Of a stretch of DNA of 64,000 nucleotides, positions 37,283-48,016 are shown in pieces. A program made the translations under genes and the position numbers. The stretch is from the NCBI GenBank assembly GCA_963681965.1, contig OY820579.1, positions 3,168,001 to 3,232,000 of the forward strand. Direction: 5' to 3'. The stretch comes from a bacterium. GTDB lineage: Bacteria; Electryoneota; JAOADG01. Each line of letters starts with the position of its first letter. Position 1 is the first letter of the stretch. The notes below the pieces were generated by a model. It did not search any database. It was not told the DNA's origin and worked only from the letters and a program-made list of their open reading frames with translations.

Positions 37283-37735
37283 ATGCCCGATGCGTTTTCG
37301 ATTGTGGTTTCCGCTTTACTGGCGATGGCAGTACTACTGTTCGCTGTTTCACGGATATTACGTCACAATCCATCCGTCAAGAATGAAGAATTTCGTGCTC
37401 TGATTCAGACAGAATTTTCCCGAGCGAAACGTCTCGGGAAAATCGTTGCAATAATCGAGATTGAATTGGAAAATGCTGGCAATACTGATTTAGTAAGTCA
37501 GTTGACAGTTGATCGTGCGTTGATCCGCGATTACGACCATCTAATGCTAGTATCTCCCAATAAATATGTCTTGTTATGGCCTGATAATGCCCCCGAAATT
37601 GAACCGAATGTGATCAGAGATCGTGTCAGATCAAGATTAGCTGGACTTAAAGGGATCAAGCATCTAGGTGTGGCGATATTCCCCAATCACGGTGAGAAAT
37701 TCGAACAGCTCTTTGCCCTCGCCGAGCAGGAATAA
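37283..37735 (+). CDS. Membrane-anchored degenerate GGDEF-like protein
   Basis: N-terminal TM; EFSRAKR, RDYD...YVLLWP, LGVAIFP.HG..F.QL..A pattern follows the GGDEF fold but the signature is replaced by SPNKY. Confidence 0.6.
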   Translation: MPDAFSIVVSALLAMAVLLFAVSRILRHNPSVKNEEFRALIQTEFSRAKRLGKIVAIIEIELENAGNTDLVSQLTVDRALIRDYDHLMLVSPNKYVLLWPDNAPEIEPNVIRDRVRSRLAGLKGIKHLGVAIFPNHGEKFEQLFALAEQE

Positions 37736-37754
37736 CTTGAAATTTCGATCTTAC

Positions 37755-37781
37755 AGGGCGCAAGTTGCGCCCTTTTTTTTT
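37755..37781 (+). terminator. Rho-independent terminator
   Basis: agggcgcaa-g-ttgcgccct followed by a T-run. Confidence 0.8.
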
Positions 37782-37839
37782 CGATTCATTTCTCCGTATC
37801 AATTAAATCACGAGCACCAGTCAATCGGTAAATATTGTT

Positions 37840-38544
37840 ATGAATAAACATACAACACTTTACAATTCAATTAGTTCCCGCGTTGATCGTTGGGATACGA
37901 TGTTCTTATTGATAGTGTTCATGACATTCTTCTGGACAGCAATCCTAAGTGCATGGATTCCGCAGTTATTCGCATTTTTATCAATCGCATTAATTCTGAT
38001 TATCATCCCCGTTTTTTCACACCATTTGACGTTTAAACACCAGTGGAAAATGAATCGACTGATCTCAGTTATCTCTGTGACAATCTCTCTGTTTTTTTTG
38101 TTTTCGATCGTCGCATTCACTTATTTTCGAAATCATTTTTCGCAATCCTCATTAAAGCTAGATCTTGTCGTCGGGTTGCTTGACTATTTACATTTTTCAT
38201 CAATACAATTTGTTTTATTAATTGTTATCGCTATCGGAGAAGAACTCTTCTGGCGCGGTTATGTGCAAACCAAGATCAGTAATTCGATTGGCGATCGACG
38301 GGGATTGCTTGCGACTTCGCTATTATATGGATTGATGTTTATCCCCACCAACGAACCGCTGTTGTTTGCAATGGCGACAGTAAGCAGTCTCTACTGGGGT
38401 TGGATCTATGCCCATACGAAAACGATTTGGGTGACTCTGATCTCGCACCCTGTTTGGATCGGACTTACTCTTGCAGTACTTCCCCAAACAAATCACGCAA
38501 GTGAGCGATATGTTGACATCATCCGAATTTTACATCTTTGCTAG
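37840..38544 (+). CDS. CPBP/Abi (CAAX-type) intramembrane metalloprotease
   Basis: EELFWRG and LISH motifs in a multi-TM protein. Confidence 0.8.
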   Translation: MNKHTTLYNSISSRVDRWDTMFLLIVFMTFFWTAILSAWIPQLFAFLSIALILIIIPVFSHHLTFKHQWKMNRLISVISVTISLFFLFSIVAFTYFRNHFSQSSLKLDLVVGLLDYLHFSSIQFVLLIVIAIGEELFWRGYVQTKISNSIGDRRGLLATSLLYGLMFIPTNEPLLFAMATVSSLYWGWIYAHTKTIWVTLISHPVWIGLTLAVLPQTNHASERYVDIIRILHLC

Positions 38545-38560
38545 AAATGGTAGGTAATAA

Positions 38561-39088
38561 GTGAATCTAGAAAATTTTGAACAGGGATTGTCTTGGGAAT
38601 CTTTCTTCTCGCGAATTCAAATGCATCGAAATCAGTGGCGTGAAAATTTGACGAAAGATATCAATATTCCAGATGGTCTAGCACAAATCATTCAGCACTA
38701 CCCCCATCACTTGAAAGTTGTCGGGATTTTTGCCGATTGGTGCGGTGACGCCGTTCAGGAAGTACCTGCGATCATCAATCTGCTCCAGCTCAATCCGCAA
38801 ATCGAAGTCCGGATTTTTATTCGGGACGATCATCCTGACCTGATGGATCAATACCTGACCAACGGTGGAAAGGCTATTCCCAAATTTGTCATCTTCTCCG
38901 ATCAATTCGACGAGTTGGCACAATGGGGACCCCGTCCAGCAGGCGCGCAAGCAGTACTTCAGCACGAGAAATCAACAGGAGCAACTGTTAAAGAATATTG
39001 GCCGAAAATCCAAGCTTGGTATCTCGAAAACCACCCACTGGCTTTGTGGCAAGAGTGGGCTGAAATCTTTAGGATGCTAACGCGATGA
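38561..39088 (+). CDS. Thioredoxin-like protein (monothiol WCGD)
   Basis: DWCGDA...P, RDDHPDLMDQYLTNGGKAIP, WGPRP. Confidence 0.85.
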   Translation: MNLENFEQGLSWESFFSRIQMHRNQWRENLTKDINIPDGLAQIIQHYPHHLKVVGIFADWCGDAVQEVPAIINLLQLNPQIEVRIFIRDDHPDLMDQYLTNGGKAIPKFVIFSDQFDELAQWGPRPAGAQAVLQHEKSTGATVKEYWPKIQAWYLENHPLALWQEWAEIFRMLTR

Positions 39089-39552
39089 CCCAACCCGAAC
39101 AACAAACGGATCAGAATCCGGAACAGGATGCTGACGATAATAAGATCGATAAACAAACGCTGGCGAAAATGATATCGGGCGAAATCGCTCCACCTGCCAA
39201 CAATCATCGTGTTATTGCCGGGATCATCATCGGAGCGATAGTCGGTTTTGTCGAAGCGGGTTTACCCCGGTCAGGTGACGAATGGTTCCCGCGATCCTTT
39301 ATCTATGTTGGATTGCGGATCGTAACTGGTCTTGCTTGTGCTTGGGTACCGTGGCGGGTTCACTCAGTTTTGCGAGGTGTTGTATTCAGCTTAGTGTTGG
39401 GAGTTCCGCTGTTTTTTACTTATGGAAATGCCGATATTGCCCGATCGATCATTCTCGCTGCCATATCTGGTTTATTGATTGGATACTGGACTGAGCGATT
39501 GGGAATTTCTCGAAAACATCACAAGTCATCTGATCCGATCGATCAAAGCTGA
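39085..39552 (+). CDS. Hypothetical membrane protein
   Basis: About four Gly-rich TM segments; ATGA overlap within the operon. Confidence 0.65.
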   Translation: MTQPEQQTDQNPEQDADDNKIDKQTLAKMISGEIAPPANNHRVIAGIIIGAIVGFVEAGLPRSGDEWFPRSFIYVGLRIVTGLACAWVPWRVHSVLRGVVFSLVLGVPLFFTYGNADIARSIILAAISGLLIGYWTERLGISRKHHKSSDPIDQS

Positions 39553-39564
39553 AAAATTTCACCG

Positions 39565-40332
39565 ATGAACTTTCGAAAAAGTCAAGCAATTGTTTTACAC
39601 GGGCGACGATGGAGTGAATCGTCACTCATCCTCACCTGTATCACGGCTGACTATGGCAAAGTGTCTGTCGTTTCGAAAGGGGTCAGACGTCCGAAATCCA
39701 ATGTCGCACCATACCATATTCCGGGCGCTCACGTTGAATTGATCTGGATCCATCAACCGCAGCGCGACCTTTTTTCCTTAGTCAGTATCGATCCCGTTGA
39801 ACGATTGCAACCATTTACCGATATTGCGCGGTTTAATTCCGGGATGCGATTGCTGAAATTGGTACGGAAAACAACGATGCCGGAATCGCCGCATCTCGCT
39901 GGGTTCCATCAATTGCTCCGATCGCTGCATGCGCTCTCCGACCCACTGACTGATCCAGCACTGATTTACTGGCAATTTACTATTCGCTGGTTTGCTGAAA
40001 TGGGTTTCCCGTGGGATTTGGCGCAATGTAACGTTTGTGGACACTCCGTTCGAGGAAACCAGATTGGATATCTCGTCGAGCAAGGTTCCGGAATCTGCAA
40101 TCGCTGTCTCAAACAACAATCTACCACACAAATTCCAAATCTATTGCTCATCGGCGGTGAAACTTTTGCAATCCTGAAAAAACTGGAGACCATGCCGGAA
40201 CGCGGTCTCCACCGCATTTCCGTATCCGAGCGCTCGCGCGAAGAGATCGAATTGGTCTGTAATCGTTTCAGCGAGTATCATTTGGGGTTTCAGATCCGGT
40301 TGAAACCGATAATGGATGTTGTTTCCGTATGA
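39565..40332 (+). CDS. recO: DNA repair protein RecO
   Basis: AIVL...SESSLI...GKV..VSKGVRRPKS OB-fold; CNVC...CNRC zinc finger. Confidence 0.88.
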   Translation: MNFRKSQAIVLHGRRWSESSLILTCITADYGKVSVVSKGVRRPKSNVAPYHIPGAHVELIWIHQPQRDLFSLVSIDPVERLQPFTDIARFNSGMRLLKLVRKTTMPESPHLAGFHQLLRSLHALSDPLTDPALIYWQFTIRWFAEMGFPWDLAQCNVCGHSVRGNQIGYLVEQGSGICNRCLKQQSTTQIPNLLLIGGETFAILKKLETMPERGLHRISVSERSREEIELVCNRFSEYHLGFQIRLKPIMDVVSV

Positions 40333-40411
40333 TTCTTGCAATAACTTTTTGAGTTCTGTTTTCGAAAAATGTTCTGAATTTAACGTACTTACACTAGGAA
40401 AAGGAGCTACC

Positions 40412-42016
40412 GTGAGTTTGCAAACCTTTATCGATACCCTGACCGGAGAACTCGTTCCACTTTACAAAGAAGCGTGCGAAGGTTATTGGGAATTCACCAC
40501 GACCGGAAAACCGGAAGCGATGGAACGCAGCGCGAACGCCGATAAAAAAATGTTGGCATTGTGGGCAGACCCGGCTCGATTCACCGAATTCAAACAAGTC
40601 TCCGCTGCCGATGACAAATCCGATCCCATTCGCAGTCGCATTGCCGAACAACTGCTCAACGACTTTACCGGCGGTGCATTGACCCCGGAAGAAATCGAAG
40701 ATTCAGTGAAGCGCGAAAAAGAGATCGAAAACGATTTCACCACTTTTCGGGCGCTGGTCGGTGGCGAAAAACGTACCGAAAACTGGTTGCGCGAACAACT
40801 GAAAACTTCATCCGACGCAGCATTCCGCAAGGAAGTATGGGAAGGCGCGAAGCAGATCGGTACACTGGTCGGACCCAAAGTCCGAGAACTGGTGAAAGCC
40901 CGCAATGCCATCGCACGTCGTCTCGGATACACCGATGCTTGGACGATGCGCATCAAATTGCAAGAACTCGATCCCGAACAACTGACTTCGATTCTCGAAC
41001 AGGTTTTCGAAGGCACGAAAGAACCGTGGGCGAAATTCAAACGCGGTCTTGAGGCAAAGCTTTCCAAGAAGTATGGCATTTCGACCGATGAACTTTATCC
41101 CTGGCACTATGAAGATCTCTTCTTCCAGGAAGCACCGGTACTAGAGTATTCGATCGAGAAATTCTTCGAAGGCAAGAATCTCGAAGCAATGACCAAATCG
41201 TTTTACGACGCCATCGGTCTCGAAATCGACAATATCCTCAAACGTAGCGACCTCTACGAACGCGAAGGCAAGCAGCAGCATGCTTACTGCATGTCAGTCG
41301 ATCGCGCCGAAGATATCCGCATTCTTTGCAATGTCAAACCGACCGATTACTGGATGAGCACGATGCTCCACGAATTCGGACACGGTGTTTACGATGCCGA
41401 AATCGATCATTCGCTCCCGTTCATGCTTCGCTCGCCGGCACACACGCTGACCACCGAAGCCATTGCGATGATGATGGAACGTAACGTGAAGAACCCCGTT
41501 TGGTTAACCATGTATGCCGATGTACCGAAAGCCGATGCCGAAAAAGCCGGCGCGATTTTCGCCGAAAATATGGTCGCAAAGCACTTGATTATGGCGCGCT
41601 GGTGTCTGGTCATGGTTAATTTCGAACGGGCGATGTATGCCAATCCCGATGCCGATCTCGATACTTATTGGTGGGATCTGGTCGAGAAATATCAGGAAAT
41701 CAAGCGACCGCCAAACCGCAAGAATAGCGACTGGGCAGCCAAGATTCACCTCGGTTGCAGTCCCGTTTATTACCAGAATTATTTGCTGGGCGATCTGATG
41801 GCGTCGCAATTGCAATATGCAATCAAGCACGTCGTATTGAACGGTGAAACCGATGTCGAGAAAGCTTACGTTTCCTCGCCGAAGGTCGGTGCATTCTTGA
41901 AAGCAAAAGTATTCGGTCCGGGAAGCCGATGGCATTGGAACAAACTGGTCGAATTCGCTACCAGTGAGCCATTAACGGCAAAAGCATTCATCGCTGCGTG
42001 TAAAAATCAGCACTAA
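40412..42016 (+). CDS. M2/M3-type zinc metallopeptidase (peptidyl-dipeptidase/oligopeptidase-like)
   Basis: HEFGH...TEAIA gluzincin motif, WAAKIH, PVYYQNY; GTG start after AAGGAG. Confidence 0.85.
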   Translation: MSLQTFIDTLTGELVPLYKEACEGYWEFTTTGKPEAMERSANADKKMLALWADPARFTEFKQVSAADDKSDPIRSRIAEQLLNDFTGGALTPEEIEDSVKREKEIENDFTTFRALVGGEKRTENWLREQLKTSSDAAFRKEVWEGAKQIGTLVGPKVRELVKARNAIARRLGYTDAWTMRIKLQELDPEQLTSILEQVFEGTKEPWAKFKRGLEAKLSKKYGISTDELYPWHYEDLFFQEAPVLEYSIEKFFEGKNLEAMTKSFYDAIGLEIDNILKRSDLYEREGKQQHAYCMSVDRAEDIRILCNVKPTDYWMSTMLHEFGHGVYDAEIDHSLPFMLRSPAHTLTTEAIAMMMERNVKNPVWLTMYADVPKADAEKAGAIFAENMVAKHLIMARWCLVMVNFERAMYANPDADLDTYWWDLVEKYQEIKRPPNRKNSDWAAKIHLGCSPVYYQNYLLGDLMASQLQYAIKHVVLNGETDVEKAYVSSPKVGAFLKAKVFGPGSRWHWNKLVEFATSEPLTAKAFIAACKNQH

Positions 42017-42639
42017 TGAGCAATTCATTCATGACTCAAATCAACAAATCGACACTGAGGATCACGGTTTTCGCGATCGTGATCCTCGGCTTATTTCTTT
42101 CTGGTTGCGGTGGTGGCGCAGTATACTACGCCCCCTACCACCCCGGTGAACATAAAGTCGTGCTGGTCTTGATACCACAGGGTAAAGCCGGCACTGCGAT
42201 CGGACGTGTGCTGGATCGACTGGAAAATCCACCATTCCGGGTAGTCAGTATTGCCGAGGAGGAGTGCGGACTCCGGTCGGAAACAGCAAAACTCTACAAA
42301 CTTCTGGGTCGGGTTTCGCCGGATATCGCTTCGTTTATGGCGAAATCGGTCAATGCTACTCTCGTAGTCTATGAAGATCCTGATACGACACCTCATTCGA
42401 AATCGCAGAAAAATACGTTGGTCGATCCTGCCAATACTCAGACGACCAATTTCAATGATCAATCGAATTCACTACAACCCGATTCGCACAATTATGAGAG
42501 CACCGAGGATTTTCGAATCGCGGTGATGGATGTGCGAACCAATACGATTATCTGGCACGAATCGCTATCGCAAACCCCATCGGAAAGCTCAGTGATGCGC
42601 TTCGTTGAGCGATTGCAAAAAGATGGCGGCGTAAAATAA
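42016..42639 (+). CDS. Hypothetical lipoprotein
   Basis: Lipobox LSGC after a hydrophobic stretch. Confidence 0.65.
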   Translation: MSNSFMTQINKSTLRITVFAIVILGLFLSGCGGGAVYYAPYHPGEHKVVLVLIPQGKAGTAIGRVLDRLENPPFRVVSIAEEECGLRSETAKLYKLLGRVSPDIASFMAKSVNATLVVYEDPDTTPHSKSQKNTLVDPANTQTTNFNDQSNSLQPDSHNYESTEDFRIAVMDVRTNTIIWHESLSQTPSESSVMRFVERLQKDGGVK

Positions 42640-42668
42640 CACTCGATTAATTTCCGATACATTACAAT

Positions 42669-42696
42669 AAAAGGGCAGATTAACTCTGCCCTTTTT
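42669..42696. terminator. Bidirectional terminator between convergent genes
   Basis: aaaagggcaga-ttaac-tctgcccttttt. Confidence 0.8.
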
Positions 42697-42725
42697 ATTT
42701 ACTATTTCAATTTCGGATGTTACAA

Positions 42726-43211
42726 CTACGCTTTCCCCGAATGTCCAAAACCACCCGCTCCCCGCTCACTCGACGGTAACTCCGTCACCTGCTCCAATCG
42801 TACATGCACGACCGGTGCAATCACCAACTGCGCAATCCGATCGCCGCGCTGAATGTGGAACGGTTCTTCACCTAAATTCTGCAGAATGACTTGCACTTCT
42901 CCGCGGTAATCAGCATCGATCGTACCCGGAGAATTGGTCACAGTGATCCCGTGTTTCCACGCCAATCCACTCCGAGGACGCACCTGCCCCTCAAACCCTT
43001 CCGGAATCGCAATCGCAATCCCGGTCGGGATCAACATCCGCTTCATCGGGAGCAATACCAATTCCGAATCGATTGCAGCGCGTAAATCGCAACCTGCCGA
43101 AAATTCTGTTGCTGGTTGCGGTAGTGGTAAATCATCGAAACCAGCGCGAACTCTGGTCACCAGAATTGTCAATGTATCGCTCACAGTGATCTCACTTGCT
43201 GTTTTTTCCAT
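42726..43211 (-). CDS. dut: dUTP diphosphatase
   Basis: [39 protein letters not shown]. Confidence 0.96.
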   Translation of the reverse strand: MEKTASEITVSDTLTILVTRVRAGFDDLPLPQPATEFSAGCDLRAAIDSELVLLPMKRMLIPTGIAIAIPEGFEGQVRPRSGLAWKHGITVTNSPGTIDADYRGEVQVILQNLGEEPFHIQRGDRIAQLVIAPVVHVRLEQVTELPSSERGAGGFGHSGKA

Positions 43212-44457
43212 TTTCGGGAATTAGCTGCATTTCGGTAAAGACCATATCGCCCCAGATATCGGTGGCACATGCCATGACATCGTCGGTCGTCACCGTATCG
43301 ATCTTCTTCTCAACTTCTTCGATCGACAGATAATGCTCTTCATTCAACTCCATCCGGGCAATCCGCGACATGCGGCTGGAAGACGCTTCCAAGGCGAGGA
43401 TGATGTTACCCTTCAATTGCGTCTTGGCACGAACTAACTCGGCTTTGGAGAGCGGTTTATGCACGACTTTATCGAGTTGCGCCAACACCAGATCGCGCGC
43501 AATATCAAGTTTCTTCGGTTGAGTACCGAGATATACTCCGAATGCACCGGTATCGCGGTAGCTGTCGAAAAACGAATAGACCGAATAAGCGATTCCGCGC
43601 CGTTCCCGGATTTCTTGAAACAGTCGGGATGACATTCCGGAACCTAGAACGGTATTCAGTACTAATAAATGCAGTTTCTGCGGTTCACTGTAGCCATAAG
43701 CTCGGCACCCGAGAACTAAATGGGCATTTTCGCTCGGATACGGTTTCTTAAGCTGTTTATTCGTCGCTGATCGGCGGGTTTTCGGATTCCGTGCAATCGG
43801 CTTTGCCGGATTCGACAATCGCATTCCCGCTTCAATCAAATTGCAGAAGTTGTTGTGGTCCAGTGCCCCGGCTGCTGCGACAACAATCCGTTTCGGGTGG
43901 TAATGCGCTTTGACGAATTTCACCAATTCTTTGCGATGAATCCGATTCAACGAATCGAATGTGCCGAGAATCGATCGACCGAGCGAGTGACCTGGAAACA
44001 ACTGCTCCTGCCATAACTCGAAAATCAAATCGTCCGGTGTTTCCTGTACACCGCGCAACTCATCGGCGATCACATCGCGTTCTTTCTCCAATTCCTTTTC
44101 CGGAAAAGTGGAATTCACGATGATATCGCTTAAAACATCGACTGCCGTTTCCAATTCGCTTGCCAGCACCGTGGCATGGAATCCCGTCAGTTCTCTACCG
44201 GTAAAGGCGTTGAGATTCCCACCGGATGCTTCGATCTCTTTACTGATCTGAAGCGGATTCCGACGGGTTGTCCCTTTGAATGCCATGTGTTCGATGAAAT
44301 GCGCAATCCCGGCTAGTTCCTCCGGTTCATCGCGCGAACCAACTTCGACAAAAATACCGACAGAAACGGAACGGGCTTCCGGCATCTCTTCCGAGATAAC
44401 CCGAAGCCCATTCTTTAACACGGTACGATGGAAATGGTCGGTATGATTTACCGCCAC
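43192..44457 (-). CDS. M16 (pitrilysin-family) peptidase
   Basis: [11 protein letters not shown] (HxxEH), [16 protein letters not shown]; usual position after pnp. Confidence 0.93.
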   Translation of the reverse strand: MAVNHTDHFHRTVLKNGLRVISEEMPEARSVSVGIFVEVGSRDEPEELAGIAHFIEHMAFKGTTRRNPLQISKEIEASGGNLNAFTGRELTGFHATVLASELETAVDVLSDIIVNSTFPEKELEKERDVIADELRGVQETPDDLIFELWQEQLFPGHSLGRSILGTFDSLNRIHRKELVKFVKAHYHPKRIVVAAAGALDHNNFCNLIEAGMRLSNPAKPIARNPKTRRSATNKQLKKPYPSENAHLVLGCRAYGYSEPQKLHLLVLNTVLGSGMSSRLFQEIRERRGIAYSVYSFFDSYRDTGAFGVYLGTQPKKLDIARDLVLAQLDKVVHKPLSKAELVRAKTQLKGNIILALEASSSRMSRIARMELNEEHYLSIEEVEKKIDTVTTDDVMACATDIWGDMVFTEMQLIPENGKNSK

Positions 44458-44475
44458 TCGACCTCCCTATTTCGG

Positions 44476-46656
44476 TTATCGACGATCGCGATGACCGCCG
44501 CCACCACTGCGTCCGCCACTATGCGGTCCCGAACTGCGAGTCTTGCCCATCTGCGGTTTCGTGCCGCCGATGACGCCGTTCGAATCCGGTAACAACGCTT
44601 TACGCGACAGATCCATCTTGCCCATCGAATCGACTGCCAACAGTTTCACTTCAAGAATTTCGCCGACTTTAAACAGATCGTCGACTTTATTCACGCGTTC
44701 GTGTGCGATATTGCTGATGTGCATCAATCCTTCGCGTCCGGGAAGAATTTCGACAAATGCACCGAAATCGACGATGCGCGTGATCTTGCCGCGATAGACT
44801 TTACCGACTTCCGGTTCCATCATCAAACCGACGACGAATTCGTATGCATCGCGTACACCTTCGATTTCAAGACCGCTGATTACAACGGTACCGTCATCGT
44901 CGATATCCACCGTGCAGTTCGTACGGCGTTGCAGATCGCGGATATTCTTGCCGCCGGGACCAATCAACATGCCGATCTTTTCTTGTTCGATCTTCACATG
45001 AACGATCTTCGGTGCAAAGTCGGACAATTTCTCGGATGGCTTCGGCAATGCCGTTTCCATCAATCCGAGAATATGCGCTCTGCCGTCACGGGCTTGATGC
45101 AAGGCTTTTCGCATCAGATCGATCGAGATACCCTGAATTTTGATATCCATCTGGAATGCAGTGATTCCGTCACGGGTACCGGCAACTTTGAAGTCCATAT
45201 CGCCCAACGCGTCTTCGTCACCCAGAATATCGGACAAAATCGCGGCTTGTTCGCCTTCCTTCACCAATCCCATCGCAATACCGGCAACGGGTCGCTGTAG
45301 CGGTACACCGGCATCCATCAACGAAAGCGATGCAGCACAAACGGTCGCCATCGACGACGAGCCATTCGATTCCATCACTTCACTAACGACGCGAATGGTA
45401 TACGGGAATGTTTCCCAAGACGGCAATACCGGTTTGATCGATCGTTCCGCCAAATTGCCGTGACCGATTTCGCGGCGCGAAGTCGACATCACGCGTTTCG
45501 TTTCACCAGTCGAAAACGGTGGGAAGTTGTAATGGAGCATGAATTCCTTGGTGAAATTCCCTTCCAATGCATCGATCTTCTGTTCGTCGTATTTCGAACC
45601 GAGCGTACAAACACCCAGCGCCTGCGTCTGACCGCGGGTAAACAACGCCGAACCGTGCGGACGCGGCAACACCCGGGTTTCAATCGAAATGGGGCGAATC
45701 GTGGTGGTGTTGCGACCGTCGAGACGTGTGTTCGTCTCAAGAACCATCCGGCGCATTTCCACTTTCAGTTTCTTTTCCAGTACTTCGGCAACATATTTTT
45801 CTTTATCGGCATGTTCTTCGCCGAGACCCGCTACCGCTTTCGCAATCGCAGTTTTGCGGATATTGTTGCGTTCCTGCTTGTCGGCGATATGTGCCGCTGC
45901 CAGCATATCTTCGCCGGCGAGTTCGACAATCTTCGCTTCCAATTCGGCATCGCTGAAATTCAATACAAATTCACGCGTCGGCTTACGCAATTCGGCGATG
46001 AATTCTTCTTGCAGCGTACAAACTTCTTTGATCGCATCGTGACCGAAAGTAATCGCGCCCAACAGTGTTTCTTCGTCGATTTCTTTCGATTCGCCTTCAA
46101 CCATCGCAATCGAATCTTTCGTACCGGCAACCACCAGTTCGATATCCGAAAGCTCAAGCTGCTGATAAGTCGGATTCAACACATACTGTCCTTCGACACG
46201 ACCAACCTTGACACTCGCGACAGGACCGGCAAACGGAATATCGCTGATATTCAATGCCAAACTAGCGCCGATCGTACCTAACGTATCGGCGTCATTCTCG
46301 CCATCGTGCGAGAGCACCAGTGCATGAACTTGTGTTTCGTACCAATACCCTTTCGGAAACATCGGGCGGATTGGTCGATCGATCAATCGTGCCGACAGCA
46401 CTTCCTTTTCCGATGGGCGCGCTTCACGCTTGAAGAAGCCTCCCGGTACCTTTCCCGCGGCATACGATTTTTCCTTATACTCAACACTAAGCGGGAAAAA
46501 ATCGGAGTTCTCGTTGCGGCTGCGATTACTGACTACCGCGACCAAAACTACCGTATCGCCATACTGCACTAACGCTGATCCATCGGCTTGTTTTGCGATG
46601 CGACCTGTTTCCAGCGTCAATGTCCGACCACCCAACTGGATGGACTTTCTAACCAT
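44476..46656 (-). CDS. pnp: Polyribonucleotide nucleotidyltransferase
   Basis: RLIDRPIRP, RREIGHG, ESNGSSSMA, GDMDFKVAGT, KH and S1 domains. Confidence 0.98.
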   Translation of the reverse strand: MVRKSIQLGGRTLTLETGRIAKQADGSALVQYGDTVVLVAVVSNRSRNENSDFFPLSVEYKEKSYAAGKVPGGFFKREARPSEKEVLSARLIDRPIRPMFPKGYWYETQVHALVLSHDGENDADTLGTIGASLALNISDIPFAGPVASVKVGRVEGQYVLNPTYQQLELSDIELVVAGTKDSIAMVEGESKEIDEETLLGAITFGHDAIKEVCTLQEEFIAELRKPTREFVLNFSDAELEAKIVELAGEDMLAAAHIADKQERNNIRKTAIAKAVAGLGEEHADKEKYVAEVLEKKLKVEMRRMVLETNTRLDGRNTTTIRPISIETRVLPRPHGSALFTRGQTQALGVCTLGSKYDEQKIDALEGNFTKEFMLHYNFPPFSTGETKRVMSTSRREIGHGNLAERSIKPVLPSWETFPYTIRVVSEVMESNGSSSMATVCAASLSLMDAGVPLQRPVAGIAMGLVKEGEQAAILSDILGDEDALGDMDFKVAGTRDGITAFQMDIKIQGISIDLMRKALHQARDGRAHILGLMETALPKPSEKLSDFAPKIVHVKIEQEKIGMLIGPGGKNIRDLQRRTNCTVDIDDDGTVVISGLEIEGVRDAYEFVVGLMMEPEVGKVYRGKITRIVDFGAFVEILPGREGLMHISNIAHERVNKVDDLFKVGEILEVKLLAVDSMGKMDLSRKALLPDSNGVIGGTKPQMGKTRSSGPHSGGRSGGGGHRDRR

Positions 46657-46788
46657 TCGTATCTCCCTCTCTTTCCGATTGACTCGGAAATGGACGCCCG
46701 ATCCAATTCATTTTTTCGCTCCGGATGGGCACTATTCGCGTTTCTGCAATTATGTTGCCACAACTGCATAACGATCGATCGTCGTTGT

Positions 46789-47055
46789 TTAACGACGAAT
46801 ATTCAATTTCGCGATTAACTCGCGATAGCCTTCGACATTCTTCGACTTGATATAATCGAGTAACCGACGGCGTTTTCCAACCATCAACAACAGACCGCGT
46901 CGACCGTGATGATCTTTTACATGCAATTTAAAATGGTCGGTTAACGCATTAATGCGTTGCGTTAACAATGCGACCTGAACTTCAGGAGAACCGGTGTCAC
47001 CGGCTTTCTTGCCAAAGGTTTCGACGATCTTTGTGCGATCTTCCTTCGATACCAT
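46789..47055 (-). CDS. rpsO: 30S ribosomal protein S15
   Basis: [31 protein letters not shown]. Confidence 0.98.
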   Translation of the reverse strand: MVSKEDRTKIVETFGKKAGDTGSPEVQVALLTQRINALTDHFKLHVKDHHGRRGLLLMVGKRRRLLDYIKSKNVEGYRELIAKLNIRR

Positions 47056-47074
47056 TTCTATCCTCTCGTTGCTG

Positions 47075-48016
47075 CTATACTGATTGATTACTAAAAAATT
47101 GTCTCGTCTTGTCGATATCGCTATGCATGCGAGCGATCAATTCATCGACAGAGCCGAAAGTTAGTTGGGGACGCAAGTACTGATGTAGATCGAGTTGAAT
47201 TCGTCTACCGTACAAATCGCCGGAAAAATCCAAAATGTGCGCTTCCACCGCGCGCGATAAATTGCCGAATGTCGGTCTGGTTCCGATCGACAACACTGTC
47301 GGCTGACCCGTCACGCCTTCGGTAGTAGTTGATGCAAAATATACACCGTCGTTCGGAATCAACTTGTCCGGTGGTTCCACCAGAACATTGGCTGTCGGAA
47401 CGCCTAAAGTCCGACCGCGCTGATCCCCAGCAACAACCAAACCACTCAAGTGATACGGTCGACCTAACAACGAATTCGCTTTCGCAAAATCGCCTTCGGT
47501 TAACAAGGATCGAATCCAAGTCGACGAAGCGATCTTCCCTTCGAACAATGTTGGTTCCACCCAATCCATTGCAATGTCCAAATTGCGAGCAATTTCCGGT
47601 AATGTATCCCGATTACCGGATCGTTTATAACCGAATGCATGATTCGGTCCCAACAGATAATCTTTGATGCCGAATTGATCGGTCAACGCCCGCAAGAACT
47701 GTTCGCCGGTTAGGAGGGACAATTCCCGCGTGAACCGACACACAATGGTCACATCAATCTGCAGATCGCCGATCAAACCCAATCGATCGGGAAGTCCGGT
47801 CAACAATTTTACAGGATTGGCAAATTGCCCTAAAACCGTCTGCGGATGTGGATCGAAGGTAATGACGATCGACTGCTTGTTGAATTTCTTTGCGCGTTCG
47901 ACCAACGAAAGAAGCAAAGAGCGATGTCCGATATGGACACCGTCAAACACGCCAATCGTTGCTATCGAATTACCCAGAGTTTCATTGGAACTACCGGGAA
48001 ATGCCAAAACTCTCAT
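47075..48016 (-). CDS. ribF: Bifunctional riboflavin kinase/FAD synthetase
   Basis: [44 protein letters not shown]. Confidence 0.96.
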   Translation of the reverse strand: MRVLAFPGSSNETLGNSIATIGVFDGVHIGHRSLLLSLVERAKKFNKQSIVITFDPHPQTVLGQFANPVKLLTGLPDRLGLIGDLQIDVTIVCRFTRELSLLTGEQFLRALTDQFGIKDYLLGPNHAFGYKRSGNRDTLPEIARNLDIAMDWVEPTLFEGKIASSTWIRSLLTEGDFAKANSLLGRPYHLSGLVVAGDQRGRTLGVPTANVLVEPPDKLIPNDGVYFASTTTEGVTGQPTVLSIGTRPTFGNLSRAVEAHILDFSGDLYGRRIQLDLHQYLRPQLTFGSVDELIARMHSDIDKTRQFFSNQSV

